Part shown: piece after piece, positions 10,897 to 19,417 of the stretch
Position numbering within the stretch: position 1 is the first letter of the stretch
How the letters are laid out: each line of letters begins with the position of its first letter
NCBI GenBank assembly: GCA_965198115.1
Contig: OZ240241.1
Location: 4,800,001-4,864,000 of the forward strand
Direction: 5' to 3'
Length of the DNA: 64,000 nucleotides
Source: Candidatus Latescibacterota bacterium
Lineage (GTDB): Bacteria > Latescibacterota > UBA2968
Position numbers and translations under genes: made by a program
The notes under the pieces: model-generated
What the model was told of the DNA's origin: nothing
Seen by the model: only the letters and a program-made list of their open reading frames with translations
Databases searched by the model: none

Positions 10897-11001
10897 ATGC
10901 CCGATAGGATACTGGACACCCCAGAAGATATCATGCGGGCGCTTGTGACTACACCGCTCAAAGCAAAGGCCGAAAACAAGAAACTCGGTGTGCGGAGGTG
11001 A
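10897..11001 (+). pseudogene. Degenerate copy of the IS1595 terminal micro-ORF
   Basis: MPDRILDTPEDIMRALVTTP aligns with MPEPIPDTPENIMKAFIKTP at 11478-11651. Confidence 0.7.
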
Positions 11002-11004
11002 AAA

Positions 11005-11376
11005 ATGAGTAACGACGAACAATATAAAGTCATTGGGCTCTTGGTGATTCAACACCAAGAGCAGCAACGCCATGTGGTCTGCGTCGAGGAAAAGCGGAAG
11101 AAGCTGGTCTCCGCTTTGCGGAAAACACAGGAGCTGTTAGAGGGGAGCGATTCTATCATGATGACCAGGGCAGACAACGATTCCCTGACCATCGATCAGC
11201 CATCCGGTGGATTGGTGGTAATAAGCCCTGATCCCCCCACAACGCATATAGAATATCCAAGCTTTGCGGAGTTGCAGAAATTCATCGCCGATTACAAGGA
11301 AGCGATCAACGCATTCAATGAAGTCGAGAGCCAATTGAAAAAGATACACCCCGGCTTATTCAGCAACTCGGTATGA
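11005..11376 (+). CDS. Hypothetical coiled-coil protein, IS1595 cargo
   Basis: 123-aa ORF with GGAGG RBS. No recognisable family. Confidence 0.6.
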   Translation: MSNDEQYKVIGLLVIQHQEQQRHVVCVEEKRKKLVSALRKTQELLEGSDSIMMTRADNDSLTIDQPSGGLVVISPDPPTTHIEYPSFAELQKFIADYKEAINAFNEVESQLKKIHPGLFSNSV

Positions 11377-11477
11377 TCGCATTATGTTTTCCCCCAGTTG
11401 GGTTTGTTCATAATCTTCATTATAAAACGGGCAAAACGTAAAATCCAACTAATTGTGCGATGCGAAGGAGTAGAACC

Positions 11478-11651
11478 ATGAATGACGAAAAGCAGAAGCG
11501 CCCGCGCGGCCGACCGCCGAAGCATCTGATGCCGGAGCCGATCCCCGACACCCCCGAAAACATCATGAAAGCGTTCATCAAGACGCCGCCACGGAAACGG
11601 GAAGATTGGAAGTTTGTGCAGGAACGTGAGGAAAAGAAGCGGGCCACTTAG
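11478..11651 (+). CDS. 57-aa AT-hook micro-protein at the IS1595 right end
   Basis: AAGGAG RBS. KRPRGRPPK AT-hook followed by PIPDTPENI. Stop about 10 nt before the IR. Confidence 0.65.
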   Translation: MNDEKQKRPRGRPPKHLMPEPIPDTPENIMKAFIKTPPRKREDWKFVQEREEKKRAT

Positions 11652-12280
11652 CAGAAAGGGTTTGGTTACGATTGGTTATAATTCCCCTTCGAAGCAATCC
11701 ACAGAGTCCCGTCGGCCTCCTCGGTCAAAGACATCACATCAAGCGAATCCGTCGGGGTCTCGACAACAGACCATTTGCGGCCGTCGAATCGGCTCAAGCC
11801 TCCGGACCCCCCCAGAGCGAGCGTGAATCCTGCCCACAGACCCCTATCTCCCGATGGTTTGAGACTTCGCCACCAGAAGGTATCGCTCGCAAGACCGTCC
11901 TTCACAGTGTAGGTCCGGACGCTGTCGGCCAGCATCCGAGTGATGCCTCCGAGTGTACCGAACCACAGTGCGCCGTCTGGCGTCTGGGTAACTGTCCTTA
12001 CGTTATCCGAACCGAGACCATCCTCGGTTGTGTAGGTCTGGAAGGAGATTCCGTCGTAACGCAGGGCTCCAATGCCGGTCGCGAACCACATATTGCCTTC
12101 GCGGTCTTCAAAAACGTCGTGAACCGGACCTGGCAGATTGAACTCGGTCCATCGCCAGGGCTCTGAATACGGCTCGGGCTGAGGCGCGACGGTGAGCGTG
12201 TCCACGGCGTAGACCGGGACTGTCAACAGCAAGCAGAGGATGGTGGCATAAGTGCGCATCGCAACCCAAGATGCGACCCG

Positions 12281-12412
12281 CCCTTCGCTCGGACAAGCGC
12301 GAGCTACGGCGGGCAGGCGGCGGGGAACGGCGGGCAAGCCCTCCTCCGCTCGATAGGGCACAAGCTTCCACCTCCGCGTGAACGCTACGGCGGACAGGTC
12401 GGGCGGGCAGGC
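12281..12412. repeat. Cluster of REP-like (GCTAC)GGCGG(G/A)CA(A/G)G repeats
   Basis: GCTACGGCGGGCAGG, ACGGCGGGCAAG, GCTACGGCGGACAGG and GGCGGGCAGG within 130 bp. Confidence 0.5.
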
Positions 12413-12592
12413 GTGGGTGATGGAAGGGATTACGGAGCTGCTGGAGGTGATTGAGCGAGTGGATTGCCTGTTACCGATAACGGACCATTGGGGTAACGCC
12501 TATGGGCACTACCTCTAAGATTAGCCAGCAGGAGATGTGCAGCGTATGGTCGGAATTCACAGAAGGACACGCAGGCCGTCGTGTGTGTCCTG

Positions 12593-13027
12593 TTAAGGCT
12601 GCTCGGCGCGATCATGGATCAAGGAACCACCTTCAGGATCCCAGGTTGCCGCCAGAATCAAAATGAGAACCGCAAAGGCCAACACAGGGCTTGCGAGTAA
12701 GCTCCCTGTCCTGGCTTTGCTGACCATCCTTTTCTTTGCTCGTACGACTTCGTCGATCGGTATCACGATCGGATTCTCGCGGACCCTTTCGCCGCCACCC
12801 CGAAACTTCCTCGCCTTTCCCTTGATGTGTGTGGAGTCGACGGCGATGACCGTGATCTTGTAGGTCACGCCTGCGGTCGTGAGTACATCGATCTTGTCGC
12901 CTGCCTCGACGTTACCCCTCCTGATCTCCTCGCGAACCGACGAGGCGTTCGGGCCAAGCTGTCGCATCGATGTACATCCCGAGGCCGCACACCAGACAGA
13001 GAGCCAACCCAGAAGGACCTTCCTCAT
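12593..13027 (-). CDS. Hypothetical lipoprotein (paralog of 13045-13479)
   Basis: Lipobox ASGC, small beta domain, C-terminal TM helix. Confidence 0.7.
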   Translation of the reverse strand: MRKVLLGWLSVWCAASGCTSMRQLGPNASSVREEIRRGNVEAGDKIDVLTTAGVTYKITVIAVDSTHIKGKARKFRGGGERVRENPIVIPIDEVVRAKKRMVSKARTGSLLASPVLAFAVLILILAATWDPEGGSLIHDRAEQP

Positions 13028-13044
13028 CGCGTACCTGGATGATC

Positions 13045-13479
13045 TCACGTTGACTGATCGATTGAGGCCAGGTAGAGAATAAAGCCGATAATCGTCACGC
13101 AGCACGCGAGCAGGGCTGATCTGCCGGAGTTCGCGTGTCTGAGTTCCGCTCTGATGATCTGATCGATCTCGATTACGACTTTTGCGCCGTATTCTGTTCG
13201 CTTCTTTCGCGGGTTCCGCACCTCATTGGCGGGAGTAGATGACACAAGATAGGTCGTCTGAAATATCGTCCGACCGACGATATATTGTGAATCGATGGCA
13301 GTAACTTTGATCTTCGCTGTTCCACCGTCCAGTGTGATGACCTGGAGGATGTCGTTCGGCTTCACATTGCCCGATCGAAGCTTGGCCCGAACTGTTTCTG
13401 CGTTCTGCCCGACCGGTTTCATCGTCGCGCAGCCGGCGGCCAACCAGATCGCAAGCCACACAATAAGAAGCGCTCGCAT
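13045..13479 (-). CDS. Hypothetical lipoprotein (paralog of 12593-13027)
   Basis: Lipobox AAGC. Shares GNV..D...V.T..G...KI.V.A.DS..I.G with its neighbour. Confidence 0.7.
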   Translation of the reverse strand: MRALLIVWLAIWLAAGCATMKPVGQNAETVRAKLRSGNVKPNDILQVITLDGGTAKIKVTAIDSQYIVGRTIFQTTYLVSSTPANEVRNPRKKRTEYGAKVVIEIDQIIRAELRHANSGRSALLACCVTIIGFILYLASIDQST

Positions 13480-13741
13480 CGACTCCATCCGTTCGTGGAT
13501 CTTAACGAACAATCCGGCCGCACCCGGAGATCCTCCTGTGAGAGGACCGACTTGCTGGCAAAGCTTGATCCGGACACGCCATTGTCAGCGTCCTGGAAGA
13601 CGGGCCCGCCTGTTTGGGTGCAGGCTCCCATCGGAGTACACGGCATTAGCAGCGCGAACGTAGTGTCTCGCGCCGTTGGAGCGCGTCCACACGTTGTTCG
13701 AGTGTCATCGAGCTCTCCGTTAGTGTGCGTAGTTATCGAAG

Positions 13742-14377
13742 TCAGAAACCGAAAGCCAATCTCATGCCCACCGATCCCGGTTGCGCCAAGACCTCCAAGG
13801 GCGCCGTCTTCCAGTCGGGAATGAATCGGCCGATTATCGCCCCGTAGAGGCCACCTGTAAGGACAGCCACGGGAAGAAGCATTGCGGACACCTCTCTTTC
13901 CGAGAGGTTTGGCAAAGCGATGAACTGAGATTCGTGAGAGACGTCACGTCTTTCATCTGAGGAGGTGGCGATGCCAATTGCCCCGGCCAGCGCGCCAATC
14001 CCGGCCCCCCACATGAACCCCGGGCCTGCGAGGCTCCCGTTCCTAAGACTCAGGGATTCCACTGTGGAAAGCGGCACCCGAACGACTTCCGCTGGTCGGT
14101 TCCTGGCAAGGAGACGCTCCGAGTCGTTGCGGGAACGCCGGCGGCTGTCATCGGAGAATTTCGCACGGATTGTCAGGGTGTCCGCACCCAGAGCAACGAC
14201 CTTCCCCTCGAAACTCGAGTGTGTGCCCGTGCTTGTCTGTATGCCTGTTGCGGTCTTTACCCTGACCTTCGTCCCAGGCGTAAGAGTGGGTATACCTTTC
14301 GGACGTGACCTGGGGGCAAGAGCGCAGGCGGATTGAACCAGCAGACACGCAGCTATCAAGATTCGCAGTAGAGTCAT
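13742..14377 (-). CDS. Hypothetical lipoprotein with glycine-zipper membrane helices
   Basis: Signal ending QSAC, PGTKVRV..GKVVA..DTL, GAGIGALAGAIG and GGLYGAIIG. Confidence 0.7.
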   Translation of the reverse strand: MTLLRILIAACLLVQSACALAPRSRPKGIPTLTPGTKVRVKTATGIQTSTGTHSSFEGKVVALGADTLTIRAKFSDDSRRRSRNDSERLLARNRPAEVVRVPLSTVESLSLRNGSLAGPGFMWGAGIGALAGAIGIATSSDERRDVSHESQFIALPNLSEREVSAMLLPVAVLTGGLYGAIIGRFIPDWKTAPLEVLAQPGSVGMRLAFGF

Positions 14378-14440
14378 CTCCACATCCCGTGTTCCGCGAC
14401 ACAGACTGAATCTGCGTCGGATGGTGAATCGCAGGAGACA

Positions 14441-14477
14441 AGAAGGCGGGGCCTCCTATTGGAGCGCCCCGCCTTTT
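14441..14477 (-). terminator. Rho-independent terminator downstream of the EEP gene
   Basis: AAGGCGGGGC..TCC/GGAG..GCCCCGCCTT hairpin just after the stop at 14481. Confidence 0.75.
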
Positions 14478-14480
14478 GTA

Positions 14481-15947
14481 TCAGAAAGAGTGGATGGTCG
14501 GCAAACGGAGCGATGTGCTGACGCCCGCGTGGTCCGAGGGCCACATACCTGATGGTGTGCGATCGGCTTCCTCATCGCCGAGAACAATCGACCGAAGGGG
14601 GACGATATCGTCGGAGGAGCGTGTGAAGACCATATCGATCCTTCGGTTGAGTGCCGAGGCGCCCGTAAGGTCTTCAGCTTGCGATCCGGTGAAGCCCGGC
14701 TGGTTTGGGTTTACGCTCGACCAGGCCTCAGCCAGACCTCCCGGGATCAGGATATCGCCATACGTAGCGGTTGTTGTTCCGTTGGCGTCGGAATTGAAGT
14801 CGCCAACGAGAAGGACCGGCAGGATTTCGGCGGCTATCAGCCCTACAAGCTCCTGTGCCTGAAAAGCCTGGATGGGTTCGGCTGCACCGGTTTCGAGATG
14901 CGTGGTGATGAATCGGAAATCCCGACCGGCGACGGTGGCTTGCACCGATGCGTAGGCGCGAGGGATCGACGTCGGTACGCCACCGACTTCGATGGGTACG
15001 GCCACCTGGAATTGAGCCTCCACCACATCGGCGACGGCGACACCAGAACGCGCGAGAATAACTTCGCGGTCCGTCAATCGGATGTCGGCGAATTCGGTGG
15101 CACTCTTCGCCAACGGGAGCTCGATGTCGATACCTTCGGCTATGGCGACGGCCTCGTAGTTCAGGCCTCGACTCTCGAGCGCATCCAGCAGGATCTGCAA
15201 GAAATCGAGAACCACTTCCGTCGGCAGCGTTTGACCACCGACTACGAAATCGCCCGGGTCCTGCATGCGGAACAGGGAGACTTCCTGAAGCCCGATGAGA
15301 TGTGGCTTGGTCGATTCAATTTCATCGGCGATGGCCTCCGCCCGCTCGGCGAAATTCGTGGCCTGGACGACGCCCCACGTCTGAGCGACGAGGGCTGGTA
15401 TTTGTAGCGGATCCTCGGCGAGGATGACACGGTTGATGTCGGCGCCGAGGTAGAGGTTTCGCGTCATGACCTTGAGAATGGGACCTCGCGGATGTACGAT
15501 CGCGCTTCCGCCGATCTGCAGGGTGAAGGCGTTCTCCCCGTCAGTGTTGATGGGCAGGCTGCCCCAACGCCCCAGAAGTGTCCCGCTTGCGTCGGTGGCA
15601 CTGGCCGCGTAGTAGCCGGCGGCGCCACGGCTGCGGTAGCGTTGGGATGAAACGCTAATCGTGATCTGTGCTTCACCGTTCGCGTCCGTCGTGGCCGACC
15701 ACTGAATACTGGGTGTGCTTCCACCAACCGATCGAGTGATGGTCACTTCGGCATTTGGGACGGGACTTCCGAATTCTGCCAGGAGCTGAAGCGTGACCTG
15801 GGCCGAAAAGACAACCGGCCGCGTCGCAGCCTGCTGGGAAACGTCCGGACCTGTGAGAAAGGACGTCGTCTTTTGATCACCGCACGCAACACCTACGAGA
15901 ATGACAAGCAACAGCCTACCCAATTGATGCGTCACTGTTCCAACCAT
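14481..15947 (-). CDS. Endonuclease/exonuclease/phosphatase (EEP) family lipoprotein with N-terminal Ig-like domain
   Basis: Lipobox GVAC. VMTRN, IGLQEV, TTHLE, GDFNS, RIDMVF and PSDH motifs. Confidence 0.9.
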   Translation of the reverse strand: MVGTVTHQLGRLLLVILVGVACGDQKTTSFLTGPDVSQQAATRPVVFSAQVTLQLLAEFGSPVPNAEVTITRSVGGSTPSIQWSATTDANGEAQITISVSSQRYRSRGAAGYYAASATDASGTLLGRWGSLPINTDGENAFTLQIGGSAIVHPRGPILKVMTRNLYLGADINRVILAEDPLQIPALVAQTWGVVQATNFAERAEAIADEIESTKPHLIGLQEVSLFRMQDPGDFVVGGQTLPTEVVLDFLQILLDALESRGLNYEAVAIAEGIDIELPLAKSATEFADIRLTDREVILARSGVAVADVVEAQFQVAVPIEVGGVPTSIPRAYASVQATVAGRDFRFITTHLETGAAEPIQAFQAQELVGLIAAEILPVLLVGDFNSDANGTTTATYGDILIPGGLAEAWSSVNPNQPGFTGSQAEDLTGASALNRRIDMVFTRSSDDIVPLRSIVLGDEEADRTPSGMWPSDHAGVSTSLRLPTIHSF

Positions 15948-16145
15948 GACTTCCTCCCTTATTCGCGATTTCCTATGAAGGACGAGGGTGCTCACCGGTG
16001 GCACCTTTGGGATGGCAAGGGATGTGCCACCGATGGACCCCAGCGTTTTCCTGCCTTTCGCCGATTATGACGGGTTCACCGTCCTGCGCGATCTTGCGGG
16101 ACTCTGCGACCGCTTGCGCAGGACCCTCGTGATGCGCCGAGGTGA

Positions 16146-16600
16146 TCAATCCATTCTTACCACCCAAGTTCGAGACTTAGTCGCAAGAGTCAGAAGCAGC
16201 TCTACGGACAGTCCTACGCCCAAACCCGACAAACCCAGTCGTCTTACTTGCTCGCCCCGAGACCATTGACCGTCAGTCAATGGGTTGGTTGCACCGAATA
16301 ATGCTCCCGCCGCAAAGCCTGCGATCAGTCCGTATCCCACATGCCGGAAGGTGTACTGCGTGCCCGTACTGATCTCGATCTTCCGTCTGGTCTTTTCATC
16401 GTGAGTCGCGTTCTTCCCAGAATGCGATCGAGGGTTACGGTGTCGTTCCCGATGTCGATCAGCCGCCCGGTGACTGGTTTCGCCAATGGATCCGTCGTCC
16501 GTATTCGAACTCTGATTGCAACTGGTCGTCATCGATCCTGGTTGGGCGCTCCTGCACGAGGACAAAGACACGCGATCGTCTGCAGAAGGAGCGCACTCGA
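16146..16600 (-). pseudogene. Degraded glycine-zipper protein related to 13742-14377
   Basis: KIEISTG...GYGLIAGFAAGALFGA segment in a broken frame. Boundaries approximate. Confidence 0.35.
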
Positions 16601-17469
16601 CTGATGCGGGTAAGAATCACTCCTCGCCCCAAGAGGTGGTATCGATTCGTGGGATTGTTGGATCGGAGTGAACTGTTTTCGACAACCTGCAACAACAGAT
16701 CGCGTAGTGAAGTCAAGTAGCAGCCGGCCGAATGCGGGTGGTCTGCACAAAGCGTGCCGATGGTTGGACACGAAGGCTCGTCAAGTAGACGAAGCGATGC
16801 GTAAGCAGGTCCGTTTCCATTGATCCCGGCCCGGCATCAAAGGCTACTCCCAATCCTTGCTTTTCTATTGCTGTCGAGGGTTTCTCATCGTGGCATCTAC
16901 GATGGTGGATAGTGCACACGAGACTAGTGCCCGATGGCGAGTCGCAAAAAATTGATGAGATTCGATCACACGAGACGTTCGCTGGAGAACCGATTCGGTG
17001 TCGCAAAAACTCAACGATTGTTTCTCTCGGACAACAGGTGTGACAATTCACAACGGGGCTCGATCTTCGGATATGGCAACTGATCGCTCGGCTGACAGGA
17101 CGTAGCTGCGCTCCCACCGAAGAGTCTTTGATTTCGGTCAAGAGAACTGGAGGCCTACAGTGGAGATGTCGAGGACGTTACGACAACACGCAGGAGGCAC
17201 GTTCAAGGTGGATGAGGCGGAGAGGAGAAGTTGATGAAATCGTGTTTGGCGGGACAGACACACCTTCTCTGATTTTGTGTTGTAGTAGCGGCAAGGGTTG
17301 ATTGTGCGGCACATCGTGTGTAGCGTTATGCAAACATCAAGGGGCACGGACAACTCCGGGGCTGTCGTAGGGACCCGGAGATGTGTGTCCCTCTATTCTT
17401 TTGTGTCGGGGGCTTTCACCTGTCGGGGCTTGAATCAGGTGGCCCAGGATGCTGCACCGCGATCGGAAG

Positions 17470-17788
17470 TCGGTCATTATGATCGTGAAGACGAGCCAGA
17501 GGTAGCCGAGGTGGGCATTACGGTCGCCCAAATGTTGGGGTACGAGGTACGGCTTTTGAGCGTATCGGGCATTGCGACCTGGTCTTCACAGACATGTTTC
17601 TACAAGGGGACTCGGGACTCGACTTAATCGAGCGGATCCGCACCGCAGGAAACGAAATCCCAATCGTCGCCACGGCGGGAAACACAACCTTCCTCGAGGA
17701 GGCACTAGAGGCTGGGGCTGACGCCACCATACCCAAGCCCTGGGTTAAGGACGACCTCCGACGAACATTCGAAGAGCTGCTCGAATAG
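17470..17788 (+). pseudogene. Degraded CheY-like receiver domain gene
   Basis: EDEPEVAE...LGYEV in one frame, DLVFTDMFL..SGLDLI...IPIVATAG...GADATIPKPW in another. Internal deletion and frameshifts. Confidence 0.7.
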
Positions 17789-18224
17789 AAAGCGCCCCCC
17801 TCGATGGATGAGCATTGATTGCACGAGTGTTGAACGCCGGCGCTTCGAATTACGGTGTCTGGCTCTGCCCCGCGAGGATTCCCCTGCTGCGGTGGTGCCG
17901 GATAATCGGAATCATGACTCCCACAACCAGGGTCGGCTGGAGAGGTATCAACCTAAGAAAGCGGAAAGTGAGAACAAGCTGTGCACATCGTCGGGTTCCG
18001 TCGACGACAGCCGTACGGCAGCACTGCCTCCCCCCGTGGCCGCGCTACGAGCCAACTGACAACGGATTAATGTTGCTACACCTCAGGTACCGATAATGGG
18101 AGTTATCGGTACTTGTCGTTGGGCCAAATCGGAGATGATGTTGTGAGGAACGTGGCTTGCTGGTGACCGTTGACCCGCCCTCGCGGAGGCTACGGCGTCG
18201 ACCACCGCCAGCCACTGCAAAGGT

Positions 18225-19361
18225 CTATTCTCGGTCCTCGATGGGCACCCATTCTCGATTGGAAGGGCCCTCGTAGTCGGCATTGGGACGGATCAGTACA
18301 TTGTTGGCCCGCTGTTCCATGATATGAGCAGCCCATCCCGTGATGCGAGAGACGACGAAGATAGGGGTGAACAGGCTTGTGGGGATTCCCATGACGTGAT
18401 AGGCGGATGCGCTGAAGAAATCGAGGTTCGCGAACAAGTTCTTCTCTTCTTTCATCACACTTTCGATTTCGGCTGATACATCGTAGAGCTTGGTGTCGCC
18501 GGTCCCCTCGCTCAATCGTTTTGACCACGCTTTGATGATGTCGTTTCGGGGATCTCTTTCCCTGTAGACGGCGTGGCCGAATCCCATGATCAGGACTTTC
18601 CTCGCGAGCATGTCGAGCACGGCGGCGCGTGCTTCGGCGGGAGTGTCGTATTGCTCGATCAAGGCCATCGCAGCTTCGTTGGCGCCACCGTGTAGCGGCC
18701 CGCGGAGCGTTCCGATTCCCCCGGTTACAGCCGAGTAAAAGTCCGACAGGGTCGATGCGCAGACGCGACAGGTGAACGTCGAGGCATTGTACTCGTGCTC
18801 GGAATAGAGGATGAGAGAGCCGTTCAATGCCTGCACGTGCAGTTCTGACGGTTTCGTGCCGTGTAGGAGATGCAGAAAGTGAGCAGCGATCGATCCGTCG
18901 TCCGTCTCCGTGTCGATCCTGACACCGTCGTGGCTGAATCGATACCAGTAGCAGATGATGGACGAGAAGACGGCGAGCAATCGGTCGGCAACACGATGCT
19001 GCTGATCGAGGTCGGTTTCCGGTTCGAGGGTTCCAAGCATCGCGCAGCCTGTCCTCATCACGTCCATCGGATGTGCGTCTTTGGGAATCCGTTCGAGGAC
19101 GTCACGCAGTTCCGAGGGTAGTCCTCGAGAACCGCGAAGCTGGTCGTGGTAGTCTCTCAGTTCGGCCGCTGTCGGGAGTTCGCCATACATCAGGAGATAG
19201 GCGACCTCCTCGAACTGGGCGTGTTCGGCCAACGCCTCGATCGAATAACCACGATAGGTCAGTCCAACGCCCTCCTTACCGACGGTTGCGATCGCTGTTG
19301 TTCCCGCCGATTGGCCCCGTAGTCCGGCTCCGGATGCCTTTCCGCCACTCGTTTTTGCCAT
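18225..19361 (-). CDS. prpC: 2-methylcitrate synthase
   Basis: GAGLRGQSAG N-terminus typical of PrpC. LTYRGY, HEYNASTF, GPLHGGANE, GFGHAVY, NLDF. Confidence 0.9.
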   Translation of the reverse strand: MAKTSGGKASGAGLRGQSAGTTAIATVGKEGVGLTYRGYSIEALAEHAQFEEVAYLLMYGELPTAAELRDYHDQLRGSRGLPSELRDVLERIPKDAHPMDVMRTGCAMLGTLEPETDLDQQHRVADRLLAVFSSIICYWYRFSHDGVRIDTETDDGSIAAHFLHLLHGTKPSELHVQALNGSLILYSEHEYNASTFTCRVCASTLSDFYSAVTGGIGTLRGPLHGGANEAAMALIEQYDTPAEARAAVLDMLARKVLIMGFGHAVYRERDPRNDIIKAWSKRLSEGTGDTKLYDVSAEIESVMKEEKNLFANLDFFSASAYHVMGIPTSLFTPIFVVSRITGWAAHIMEQRANNVLIRPNADYEGPSNREWVPIEDRE

Positions 19362-19417
19362 TACTAATCTCCTAGAAAAGCCGAACCACCAACAAGAAGA
19401 CATGAAGACCCGAAGAA

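Larger units (their letters stand above)
8772..11686 (+). mobile_element. IS1595-family element carrying passenger genes (2915 bp)
   Basis: IRs GGGAATTATAACTAATCGTAACCAAA / TTTGGTTACGATTGGTTATAATTCCC. Perfect 8-bp TSD CTTCGAAG at 8764-8771 and 11687-11694. Confidence 0.95.
7372..12259 (-). pseudogene. Secreted beta-propeller ligand-binding sensor protein (two-component regulator propeller repeats), split by IS1595 and truncated by IS200
   Basis: Signal peptide MRTYATILCLLL at 12259. Repeated DG(T/S)(L/V)W(F/V)GT and YTTEDGL motifs. Frame rejoins as WIASK|GQGLLRY across IS1595. Frameshift near 7816. Confidence 0.85.

Noticed and set aside
12430-17300. Integron cassette array
   Set aside because: Genes are co-oriented, but no convincing attC sites or integron integrase were found.
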